Assembly: GCA_964624125.1 (NCBI GenBank)
Contig: CAZVAA010000001.1
Location: 1 to 52,278, forward strand
From: an uncultured Sphaerobacteraceae bacterium
GTDB lineage: Bacteria; Chloroflexota; Chloroflexia; Thermomicrobiales; UBA6265
Length of the DNA stretch: 52,278 nt
Direction: 5' to 3'
The stretch's first letter is position 1. Every line of letters starts with the position of its first letter. This document shows positions 18,640 to 27,223 of this stretch, in pieces. Made by a program: the position numbers and the translations under genes. The notes below the pieces were generated by a model, which was given only the letters and a program-made list of their open reading frames with translations, searched no databases and was not told the origin of the DNA.

Positions 18640-20730
18640 GTGCGTCCCGCGATGACAACGATGGTCCCCATGTACCGGCAGCGACGATTTGGCTTCCTGA
18701 TCCTGCTGGTGGCGTTGCTCGCCGGCTTGTTGCTGGCGCCCGTCCTCATGCCCGGCGCCTCCGCCCAGTCCAGCGAGCAGATCGTCTGGGACCAGTACAA
18801 CGTCGATCTCGACGTCGCGGAGGACGGCACCGTCCACGTCACCGAAACCCAGGTCGTGGTGTTCGATGGCCAGTTCACCACCGGTTTCGCCAATATCCCG
18901 CTCAATCGCGTTGAAGACCTCACGAACGTCCAGGTCGCCATCGGCATTGGTGAAGGGGCGGAACCGCAACCTGCCCAGGAAGTCGGCGTCTTCCGGGATC
19001 AACCGGGCACCTTTGCATACTCGCAGCGGGGCGGCATGCTGGAGCTCGACTATGCGTTCGAGCCAACACGCCGGGGCAATTCCTCGGCTGAAAACACCCG
19101 TACCGTCGTCATCGAGTACGACCTGATTGGCGCGATTCGCGTGTATGAGGATCTCGATCCCGCCAACCAACAGCTCCGCTGGGTCGCGATCGATAGCGAC
19201 GTGACCGAGATTGCGCCGATCCGCAGTTCAACCGTGACGGTCACCTTGCCCGAGACCGTTGATCCGGAGCAGACGGTCGCCCAGCCGGACGATGTCGAGA
19301 CCGACGGGCAGGTCTTTACCTGGACCCGCAGCGACCTCGAGAACGGCGACCGGCTTGAGGTCAATCTCCAGTTCCCACCGATCACCTCGGCTACGGTTCC
19401 TGCCTGGCAGGCCAGCGATGATGCCGCTCGTGAGGCAGCGCAGGAAGCCGAGGAGCGCTCCGCCGTCGCCGGCACACTCTTCCTCGGGGCTGGCTTGCTG
19501 CTCCTGATCGGCGGCAGCCTCCTGCTGGTCGGAATCTGGTACGCGCGGGGGCGTGATCCCGAGGTTGGCCTCGTCGCCGATGTGGTCCCCGAGCCGCCGG
19601 ACGATCTCCGTCCGGGCGCGGCTGGCACCCTCCTGGACGAGGAAACGCACCCGCGGGATGTGATTGCCACGATCTTCGATCTGGCCCGCCGTGGCGTGAT
19701 CCGCATGGATGAGAAGGAAACCGAGGGATTTTTCGGCTTCGGCAAGCGCACGACGCACACACTGACGCTGCTCAACCACGAGCTCGACCTGACCGGTTAC
19801 GAGCAGGTGCTGCTCGATGCCATCTTCGGGACGCATGCCGTCGATGGCATGGAAGTCTCGATGGGCACCGTCCAGCAAGCGTTCGCCCAGCGCGAGCAGC
19901 AGATCCACAATGGCTTTTACGACGAGCTCGTCGAGCACGGCTATTTCGATGCCTCGCCGGAGAAGACCCGCCAGCGGGCCAGGATCCTGGCGTTCATCGG
20001 TCCCGTGCTCGCGGCGATCGTCATCATCCTCGTGATCGTCTTTGCTGGTGCGAGCAGCGGATTCATCATCCTGCCGATCCTGGCGGCCATCGCGCTCTTC
20101 GTGATCGGCAACAAGGTGGCCACCCACCTGCCCCGCAAGACGCTCAAGGGCGCCGAGGCAGCCGCGAAATGGAGCGCCTTCAAGCGATATCTCGAGGACA
20201 TCGAGCAGCACGAGAACCTGGACGAGGCGAAACAGATCTTCGATCGCTACCTCCCGTACGCGACGGCGTTCGGCCTGGAGGACTCCTGGATCCGCAAGTT
20301 CTCGCAGGTCGATACCCCCATGCCGGATTGGTTCGGTCCGGTGATCATTGGTCAGCCGGGCCGCACCGGGTATCCGCGACGCGCCGGGCGGAGAATGGGG
20401 CCTGGCGGTGGCGTCTGGGTCTTCCCCTCTGGTGGTGGGAGCGCCCAGGGACGTCCTTCCGGCGGCGGTGGCTCTGGCGACGGCGGAGACGGTTTCGATA
20501 TGCCAACGCTGCAGGACGCGAGCGATGCCGCTGGCGGGTCGCTCCAGAGCGGTTCGGACAGCATTTTCGACATGCTCGGGACTGCTGCCGACATCTTCGG
20601 CGGCAAGGGTGGTTCCCGTGGCGGTGGCAGCTTCGGTAGCTGGGGCGGCGGAGGCGGAGGCTTCGGCGGCTTCAGTGGCGGAGGCGGCTTCGGTGGTGGA
20701 GGTGGCGGCGGTAGCCGTGGCTTCGGATGA
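18640..20730 (+). CDS. DUF2207-type membrane protein, paralog 1 (696 aa)
   Basis: Signal/anchor helix, ectodomain start IVWDQYNVDLDVAEDGTVHVTETQVVVFDGQF, a TM helix, cytoplasmic VPEPPDDLRPGAAGTLLDEETHPRDVIATIFDLARRG, two TM helices, RKTLKGAEAAAKWSAFKRYL, and a Gly-rich tail ending GGGGGGSRGFG. The start is uncertain (GTG 18640 or ATG 18652). Confidence 0.8.
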   Translation: MRPAMTTMVPMYRQRRFGFLILLVALLAGLLLAPVLMPGASAQSSEQIVWDQYNVDLDVAEDGTVHVTETQVVVFDGQFTTGFANIPLNRVEDLTNVQVAIGIGEGAEPQPAQEVGVFRDQPGTFAYSQRGGMLELDYAFEPTRRGNSSAENTRTVVIEYDLIGAIRVYEDLDPANQQLRWVAIDSDVTEIAPIRSSTVTVTLPETVDPEQTVAQPDDVETDGQVFTWTRSDLENGDRLEVNLQFPPITSATVPAWQASDDAAREAAQEAEERSAVAGTLFLGAGLLLLIGGSLLLVGIWYARGRDPEVGLVADVVPEPPDDLRPGAAGTLLDEETHPRDVIATIFDLARRGVIRMDEKETEGFFGFGKRTTHTLTLLNHELDLTGYEQVLLDAIFGTHAVDGMEVSMGTVQQAFAQREQQIHNGFYDELVEHGYFDASPEKTRQRARILAFIGPVLAAIVIILVIVFAGASSGFIILPILAAIALFVIGNKVATHLPRKTLKGAEAAAKWSAFKRYLEDIEQHENLDEAKQIFDRYLPYATAFGLEDSWIRKFSQVDTPMPDWFGPVIIGQPGRTGYPRRAGRRMGPGGGVWVFPSGGGSAQGRPSGGGGSGDGGDGFDMPTLQDASDAAGGSLQSGSDSIFDMLGTAADIFGGKGGSRGGGSFGSWGGGGGGFGGFSGGGGFGGGGGGGSRGFG

Positions 20731-20759
20731 TCCGCAGCAGCGCATCTCTTCTCCCGTAT

Positions 20760-20798
20760 CCCCGCCGGAATGTGTTCCGGCGGGGATTCCCATATTTT
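20760..20798 (+). terminator. Intrinsic terminator after DUF2207 paralog 1
   Basis: CCCCGCCGGA atgtgt TCCGGCGGGG followed by ATTCCCATATTTT. Confidence 0.5.
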
Positions 20799-20886
20799 GG
20801 CTGCGGTTATGGGAACTTTTCCGGCTGCGTTCCGGTTATATATGGTGAAACACAACCCTGCATGGTGAAGATGCCCGGAGACTCGT

Positions 20887-23040
20887 ATGGCCGAAGCCGA
20901 TCGTGATGAGAATATTGCCCGCGGATGTTTGACGACGTTCGTCGTTGGAATCGTCGCCATCTTTGTGCTGTTCGCGATGACGAACAGTGGTACCAGTAAT
21001 TCCGGCTCCAGGCAGTCAAGCGATAGCGTGGTATGGAACGTCTACGATGTCACCCTCGACATCGGCGCGGATGGCGTGATCCATGTCACCGAACGGCAGG
21101 AAGTTCGCTTCGATGGCGTTTTCAGCCAGGGATACGCGGTCATTCCCATGGACCGGATCGAGTCGATCGATAACGTCCGGATCACCGTCGAGGGCGCACC
21201 GCAAGACCTGAACAACAACAAGCTTCTTGATCGCGATGAGGCCACGCGCCCTGGCCCGATGCTGACCGCGACGCAGGTCTATGATCGCTCCCCATTCAAC
21301 AAGCTCGATCCCAATACCTTCCATGTGCAGGAGGGTGAAAACGACTTCCGTATCGATTACGGGTTCGAGCCCACCGGTGGCGGCGTGGTGTACACGGGCG
21401 GGTATCCGCAGGTCCGGACCGTTGTGCTGGAGTACGACGTGACCGGTGTTATTCGTGACTATCCGGAAGCCGAGGAGCCGTGGCAGCAGGTCCACTGGAT
21501 GGCGATCTCCAGCGAGGTCACTGACATCGCCAGGGTCCGGGAGGCTACCGTCACGATCAACTTGCCAGAAGCGGTTCCCGTCGAGGACCTTGCCTATGCG
21601 CCGGAGCCGCAGACCGTCGAGGGGAGCCATCTCGTCTGGACTCGCGAGAACATGGGTGAAGGAGATTTCTTCGACGCGCAGGTCGCATTCCCGGCCATCA
21701 CCTCGGCGACCGCGCCAGCGTGGCAGCCGGAGGCCGATGCCCGGGATGCCAGCATCGAGGAGCGCGAGAACCGGCAATCCCTTGCCGGCCTGCTCCTGAT
21801 AGGAGCCGGGATCCTGACCGTGGTCGGCGGTGGTCTCGGTATCCTGTACGCGTGGTTCACTCGCGTACGTGAGGTCGTGCCTGGAGTCGTTCCGGACCAG
21901 CTGTACGAGCCCCCGGACGATCTCCCTGCCGGCCTCGTCGGCGCCCTCGTTGACGAGGAGGTCAACCCGCGCGATATCGCCGCGACCATCCTCGATCTCC
22001 ATCACCGGGAAATTGTCCGCATCTCGGAGGTGCAGGCCGGCGACGAGCGCCCTCGATTCGCCCGACCGGAACGCGAGATCGAGTTGCTGCGGCCGCTCAG
22101 TTACGCCGATCCGTTCGAGCAGGAGATCCTCCGCGTGATCTTCGGAGATCGACCCGAGCGTGGTGTTACTCAACCCTTCAGTGCCTTGCGGGCGTTGTTC
22201 GGTTCGCAACGCCATCGGATCCAGCACGCGATAGACGAGGAACTGGTCGAGCGCGGCTACCTCGAGGAGTTGCCGGAGACGAGCCGGGAACGCTGGACCT
22301 GGCTGCTCAAGGGCATCGTTGGGTTCACGTTCCTGGTCTCGATCGGCCTTCTTCTTTGGCTTCAGGTGTGGACGTGGTGGGCGGTTATTCCCCCTGTGGC
22401 CGGTATCGCGATCTACTACGCTGGCAAGCGCCTGACCCCGTCCATCGCCCGCAAGACACCAAAGGGCGCCGAGGTCGCTGCTCGCTGGAAGGCGTTCGAG
22501 AACTTCCTGCGTTCAGATCACCGGGGACTCTTCAGCAAGGAGTGGGAGAAGATCAACGCCAGGTACCTGCCATGGGCGGTGGCGTTCGGGATGGACCACC
22601 GGTGGCTGAGCGCGATGAACGCCCCATTTGTGTCGTCCGCCGGCGCCGCGGCTTCGACCTCCCGCCCCTCAACGTCGTCCTCCCGTCCGTCGGGCACGTT
22701 TGGATCCGGCCGATCGTGGGGTGAATACGACACTCGCAGCCGGGGTGGTGGCAGTACCGGGCGCACCAGGTGGTCACCCACTGTTCCGAGCTGGGGCTGG
22801 GATGCCTCGCAATGGAGTGACATGCAGGGCGCCAGCGATAGCGTCTTCAGCAAGCTCAGTGCGGGCAGCGAGTCGATGTTCGAGATGATGGGTGACGCCA
22901 TGGCCGCCATTGGCGAGCATTCGAAGAACAGCGGCGGCGGAGGTGGCTGGTCCGGGGGTGGTGGCTTCGGCGGTTCGTCCAGTTCCGGCGGCGGACGCAG
23001 CAGCAGCTCCAGCGGTGGCGGCAGCCGGGGCTTCAGTTGA
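20887..23040 (+). CDS. DUF2207-type membrane protein, paralog 2 (717 aa)
   Basis: Collinear with paralog 1: VVWNVYDVTLDIGADGVIHVTERQEVRFDGVF, GVIRDYPEAEEPWQQVHWMAISSEVT, LYEPPDDLPAGLVGALVDEEVNPRDIAATILDL, RKTPKGAEVAARWKAFENFL, and a tail ending SGGGSRGFS. Confidence 0.8.
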   Translation: MAEADRDENIARGCLTTFVVGIVAIFVLFAMTNSGTSNSGSRQSSDSVVWNVYDVTLDIGADGVIHVTERQEVRFDGVFSQGYAVIPMDRIESIDNVRITVEGAPQDLNNNKLLDRDEATRPGPMLTATQVYDRSPFNKLDPNTFHVQEGENDFRIDYGFEPTGGGVVYTGGYPQVRTVVLEYDVTGVIRDYPEAEEPWQQVHWMAISSEVTDIARVREATVTINLPEAVPVEDLAYAPEPQTVEGSHLVWTRENMGEGDFFDAQVAFPAITSATAPAWQPEADARDASIEERENRQSLAGLLLIGAGILTVVGGGLGILYAWFTRVREVVPGVVPDQLYEPPDDLPAGLVGALVDEEVNPRDIAATILDLHHREIVRISEVQAGDERPRFARPEREIELLRPLSYADPFEQEILRVIFGDRPERGVTQPFSALRALFGSQRHRIQHAIDEELVERGYLEELPETSRERWTWLLKGIVGFTFLVSIGLLLWLQVWTWWAVIPPVAGIAIYYAGKRLTPSIARKTPKGAEVAARWKAFENFLRSDHRGLFSKEWEKINARYLPWAVAFGMDHRWLSAMNAPFVSSAGAAASTSRPSTSSSRPSGTFGSGRSWGEYDTRSRGGGSTGRTRWSPTVPSWGWDASQWSDMQGASDSVFSKLSAGSESMFEMMGDAMAAIGEHSKNSGGGGGWSGGGGFGGSSSSGGGRSSSSSGGGSRGFS

Positions 23041-23233
23041 GGTCGCAGCTCACACCAGGCACAGCGGAGGGGCCGCGTTGCGGGGCAACCCGTTTGGCTG
23101 CCGGAGACCGTTGCCTCAACCCTCCGGGCGCCTGCATCGCAGTTGGTCCCGATCGCCATCCGTCTGGACTCGTTCCCGTACTATGGTGGTGCTGGGAATC
23201 AAGATCAAACGCACCTAGCCAGGAGAATCCGTC

Positions 23234-25087
23234 GTGAAGACGCGGTTGACCGGGATCCTGTTTGTACTTCTTGCGCTCGTACTCAGCGGATCGCCGGCGG
23301 CTGCCGAAGGGGTTACCTGGCGCATCTACGATGTCGTCGTGGATATTCGCGACGACGGCTCGATTCACGTCACCGAGACGGTTGAGATTGATTTCAACGG
23401 TTCGTTCTCGGAGGGACACCGCTCGATTCCCATGGATCGAATCGAGTCCATCGACAATGTCCAGGTTGCCGTCGGTGATGGTGCAAATGCCGCAACGCCG
23501 TCCGAGCAGATGTCGCGAGACGATTATTCCGGCAATCCCGGCACCTATACGGTCTACAACGAGGATGGCCGCACCGTCATCGATTATGGGTTCGCACCGG
23601 TTAATGGATTGGAAACCCGTGCCGTCGTCATCGAGTACGACGCGTTGGGCGTGATTCGTGACTATCCGGAGAACGACCCGCCCCGGCAGGAGATTCGCTG
23701 GACGGCCATCTCCGATGAGGTGACCGCCGTCGGGCCGGTCCGGAGCGCCAGCGCGACAATCAATTTCCCCGAAAGCGTCGAGGGGAGCGAGGCCACCCGG
23801 TTCGATCCACAAGAGACGTCCGCCCACCCAACCGGAGTGACGTGGGAGAGAACGGGCATGGGAGAGGGTGACCAGCTTCAGGTGCTGGCCTCGTTCCCGA
23901 CCATGACCGATGCCACCGCGCCAGCGTGGCAAGCAGACGCGGACAAGTACGAAGGGCGACAGAACCTGGTCCCCGGGATGTCGATGATCGTCGGGTTGGT
24001 GACCGTGGTTGGGGCCGTGTTGATGGGGCTCTTTATGTGGCGGGAGGGTGTCCGTGAGCCCGCTACGGGTGCGATCATCGATATCCTGCCGGAGCCTCCC
24101 GGGGACCTGCCTGCTGGCCATGTCGGCGCCCTTATCGATGAGTCGTTCAGTTCCAATGATTTGCTCGCCATGATGATCGACCTCGAGCGACGGGGCACGA
24201 TCGAGATCACCGAGGACGCGTCCAGGAAGGAATCGGATCCTTCACGGTATAAGCTGCGACTCCTGGAACGCCCGGGTGATGCCCCGGCATGGCAGCGGCC
24301 GATGCTGGAAGGCCTCTTTGGTGACGGCGCTCCCGTTGGCGCAACCACCACGTTCGAGCGGCTGAAAAAGCTGGCGGCTTCTCACCGGGGCAAGATTGGC
24401 AGTGCGGTAGAGAAAGATCTTTACGAGCGCGGCTACTACGAGGAACCGCCATCGGAGAGCCGGAAGCGCTGGGGCCTTCGCATCGTCGGCGCCGCTTTCC
24501 TGGTCGCGCTCGTCGTCGGAGCGATCGCCCTGTGGTCGCGGTCGTTTGGCGGCTGGTTGATTGCCGTGGCCGTGGTGATCGGTGTTTGCGCGATCCTGCT
24601 CGGCATCCTGGTGACACAGGCGGCGCGAAAGTCGCAAGCCGGGGCGGAGGAAGCCGCCAAATGGAAGGCGTTCCAACGCTACCTGAAGCAGATGCAGAAG
24701 GAAATGGAGCCGGACCAGCGTCTCCAGTTGATGGATACGTACCTGCCCTGGACCATCGCGCTGGGGTTCGGGAAATCCGAGTGGAAGGAGTGGGAGCGGG
24801 ACGACCGCGACTACCGCTGGGGCACGCACCAGTATCGGCCGTGGGATTCGAGGTACCGCCATCACCATTCCGGGATGGAGAGTCGCTCGGGTGGCGGTGG
24901 CTCGTTCGATGTGCAGTCCATGAGTAACCGGGCCATGGGCGGCGTGGGCACGGCGAACCTCTCGATGATGGCGATGCTCAACGCCGCATCGGACACGATC
25001 AGCGCCGGGTCGGGTTCATCTTCCGGGTCAGGGAGCGGCTCCGCCTCGTCCGGCAGCAGCGGCGGCGGTGGCCACAGCTTCAGCTAG
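23234..25087 (+). CDS. DUF2207-type membrane protein, paralog 3 (617 aa)
   Basis: GTG start with AGGAGA upstream and signal peptide MKTRLTGILFVLLALVLSGSPAAAEG. Motifs VTWRIYDVVVDIRDDGSIHVTETVEIDFNGSF, GVIRDYPENDPPRQEIRWTAISDEVT, LPEPPGDLPAGHVGALIDE and RKSQAGAEEAAKWKAFQRYL. The tail ends GGGGHSFS. Confidence 0.8.
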   Translation: MKTRLTGILFVLLALVLSGSPAAAEGVTWRIYDVVVDIRDDGSIHVTETVEIDFNGSFSEGHRSIPMDRIESIDNVQVAVGDGANAATPSEQMSRDDYSGNPGTYTVYNEDGRTVIDYGFAPVNGLETRAVVIEYDALGVIRDYPENDPPRQEIRWTAISDEVTAVGPVRSASATINFPESVEGSEATRFDPQETSAHPTGVTWERTGMGEGDQLQVLASFPTMTDATAPAWQADADKYEGRQNLVPGMSMIVGLVTVVGAVLMGLFMWREGVREPATGAIIDILPEPPGDLPAGHVGALIDESFSSNDLLAMMIDLERRGTIEITEDASRKESDPSRYKLRLLERPGDAPAWQRPMLEGLFGDGAPVGATTTFERLKKLAASHRGKIGSAVEKDLYERGYYEEPPSESRKRWGLRIVGAAFLVALVVGAIALWSRSFGGWLIAVAVVIGVCAILLGILVTQAARKSQAGAEEAAKWKAFQRYLKQMQKEMEPDQRLQLMDTYLPWTIALGFGKSEWKEWERDDRDYRWGTHQYRPWDSRYRHHHSGMESRSGGGGSFDVQSMSNRAMGGVGTANLSMMAMLNAASDTISAGSGSSSGSGSGSASSGSSGGGGHSFS

Positions 25088-25133
25088 CATCGCCGTCTGG
25101 AAGCCGTTGGACGGTCATCACGCTAGACTGTGG

Positions 25134-25162
25134 AACGGGGCGGACGAAGGCCGCCCCGTTCA
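25134..25162 (+). terminator. Hairpin after paralog 3 (weak terminator candidate)
   Basis: GAACGGGGCGG acgaagg CCGCCCCGTTC, an 11-bp stem. The downstream ACCGTATTGAT is only weakly T-rich. Confidence 0.35.
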
Positions 25163-25213
25163 CCGTATTGATCCAGAATCACTTCCCGGACGCCTGCGAA
25201 ATGACAACGCCAC

Positions 25214-26341
25214 ATGACCACAACTGACGCCATCATCCGGCTCGCGCTGATCGGTGGCATGGTCCTCCTGCTCGTCGGAGGCCTGCTGCTGATCCTCGGT
25301 ATCTGGTACTTGCGTGGGCGCGATCCGCAGACCGGCCTGGTTGCCGATATCATCAGCGAGCCCCCGGACGATCTCCCACCCGGCGCCGTTGGCACGCTCC
25401 TCGACGAGCATGCCGACCATGAGGATGTCGTCGCGACGCTTCTCGGGCTCGGTCGAAATGGCGCTGTCACCATCGAGCAGGTACCGAGCGCGAACCGAAG
25501 GGTGCGGGACTACCTCATCACGCTCCTGCATCCTGACCGCATCACCGACCGCATCGAGCGTGACTTGCTTGTCGTGCTCTTTGGCACGTCGCCGCAGGCG
25601 ATGCAGGAGGTCCGCCTCAGCGATGTACGGGGCCGCTTCGCGCGCCATGAACCGCAGATCCGCGACGACCTCTATAACGAGCTTGTCACGCGCGGTTACT
25701 TCCCGGAAAACCCGCATACCCAGCGGCAGCGTTGGCGTCGCATCGCGTGGATCGGCTTCGGCCTCTCGTTCGTGATCGGCATCATCCTCGCGATCACCGT
25801 CGATCCCGTCGCCCTCGCAACGATGGTCGCGGCCATGGTTGTCTGGGGCGTCATGGTCCGCGTCAGCCGGCACATACCGCGCAAGACGGAGAAAGGCGCG
25901 GAAGCCGCCGCGAAGTGGCGGGCCTTCAAGCGCTACCTGCAATCCATCGAAAAGCAGCGCTCCCTGTCCGAGGCCTCGGACATCTTCGATCGCTACTTCT
26001 CCTATGCCGTCGCGTTCGGTATCGAGCGTGAGTGGATCCGCGCCTTCGCCAAGGCCGGCGCGGCAAAACCCGCCTGGTTCGGCGGGGTCGATGTGGGGGA
26101 TGTGGTCATCGCTGGCGACCTGGGCAACCTGGGCGACATCGGCGATATCGCGGGCGCGGGTAGGGTGATCGGGGAGATTGGTGGCTCCATCGGAGATGTC
26201 TCGCTCCCGGATGTGTCGATGCCCGACGTACAGGGGCTTTCAGATATGCTTGGCGGGACCTTGCAGGGCGCAAGCGACGGATTGAGCGGGTTACTGGATG
26301 CAGCAGGATCAGTCTTCGATGCCATTGACTTTGACCTCTGA
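25214..26341 (+). CDS. DUF2207-type paralog 4 (375 aa), with only the membrane/cytoplasmic half and no ectodomain
   Basis: Starts directly at the helix equivalent to the post-ectodomain TM (LLLILGIWYLRGRDPQTGLVADIISEPPDDLPPGAVGTLLDEHADHEDVVATLLGL). Keeps RKTEKGAEAAAKWRAFKRYL. The acidic GD-rich tail ends AGSVFDAIDFDL. An in-frame TGA at 25202-25204 excludes a longer N-terminus. Confidence 0.7.
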   Translation: MTTTDAIIRLALIGGMVLLLVGGLLLILGIWYLRGRDPQTGLVADIISEPPDDLPPGAVGTLLDEHADHEDVVATLLGLGRNGAVTIEQVPSANRRVRDYLITLLHPDRITDRIERDLLVVLFGTSPQAMQEVRLSDVRGRFARHEPQIRDDLYNELVTRGYFPENPHTQRQRWRRIAWIGFGLSFVIGIILAITVDPVALATMVAAMVVWGVMVRVSRHIPRKTEKGAEAAAKWRAFKRYLQSIEKQRSLSEASDIFDRYFSYAVAFGIEREWIRAFAKAGAAKPAWFGGVDVGDVVIAGDLGNLGDIGDIAGAGRVIGEIGGSIGDVSLPDVSMPDVQGLSDMLGGTLQGASDGLSGLLDAAGSVFDAIDFDL

Positions 26342-27128
26342 CGTGGCGCCCGTCGCGGCGTCATGGGTCGAGGTGCTCGACGTCCCGGTCGATCTCCTTG
26401 GAAGCGTTGGTGTCGAAGAGTGGGTGCGTGGCCAGCTCTCCAGCGGCGATGCCTGCGCTCACCTCGCGACCACGAACCCCGAGTACATCATGACCGCCCG
26501 CCGCGACCCGGATTTCTCGGCGGCCCTGCGTGAGGCCGAACTTTCGACGATTGACGGCGCCGGCCTCGCTGTCGCCGTTCGCCTGCTTGCGCCGAATGCC
26601 GATGCTTCGCGCGTTACCGGCGTCGATCTCACCTGGATGCTCGCACGCATCTCGGCCGAGACCGGGGACGGCATCTTCCTCCTCGGCGCTGCCCCGGGCA
26701 TCGCAGACAAGGCGGCCGGCCGCATGCGTGCCGCCTATCCCGGCGCGAACATTGTCGGCACCTGGGCCGAAGGCTCCCCGGCTCCGACGCACGACGCGGA
26801 ATCGATTCGCCGCATTGCGGAATCAGGCGCGACTATCCTCCTTGTTGCCTACGGCGCCCCGAAGCAGATCCACTGGATCGCTCGCAACCGCGAGGCGCTG
26901 TCTGCTTCCGGGGTTCGCCTTGTCATCGGCGTCGGTGGAGCGCTGGACTACGTCTCCGGTGAAACCCGATGGGCACCACCACTCGTGCGCAAGCTCGGCC
27001 TGGAGTGGGCGTATCGTCTCGTCCGTGAGCCGTGGCGGTGGCGACGCCAGCTCGTGCTCCCGGTCTTCGCTGTCCTCGTCTTGCGCGAGGCGGCCCGGCA
27101 GCGCATCAACCGCCTGCGTCGCCAATAG
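26298..27128 (+). CDS. WecB/TagA/CpsF-family glycosyltransferase (N-acetylmannosaminyltransferase-like)
   Basis: TTNPEYIM, IDGAGL, GAPKQIHWIARN, IGVGGALDYVSGETRWAPPLVRKLGLEWAYRLVREPWRWRRQ. The start is ambiguous (ATG 26298, ATG 26319 or GTG 26343). The first two overlap the end of paralog 4. Confidence 0.85.
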   Translation: MQQDQSSMPLTLTSDVAPVAASWVEVLDVPVDLLGSVGVEEWVRGQLSSGDACAHLATTNPEYIMTARRDPDFSAALREAELSTIDGAGLAVAVRLLAPNADASRVTGVDLTWMLARISAETGDGIFLLGAAPGIADKAAGRMRAAYPGANIVGTWAEGSPAPTHDAESIRRIAESGATILLVAYGAPKQIHWIARNREALSASGVRLVIGVGGALDYVSGETRWAPPLVRKLGLEWAYRLVREPWRWRRQLVLPVFAVLVLREAARQRINRLRRQ

Positions 27129-27223
27129 GACGCGTCTGGCAGCACCATCCTCGCGTAGAATGAGGAGCGGCCGGCGTAGGTGCGCCGGTATCTCGCACGC
27201 GACGAAAGAGTCCGACCCGATTC

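Noticed and set aside
20590-20725. GGC/GGT-rich imperfect DNA repeats, with similar runs at 22925-23035 and 25010-25080. Considered as a CRISPR-like or phase-variable simple repeat.
   Set aside because: They are in-frame codons for the Gly/Ser tails of the DUF2207 proteins. The repeats are irregular and lack a repeat-spacer periodicity. There is no homopolymeric or perfect short tandem tract that would slip.
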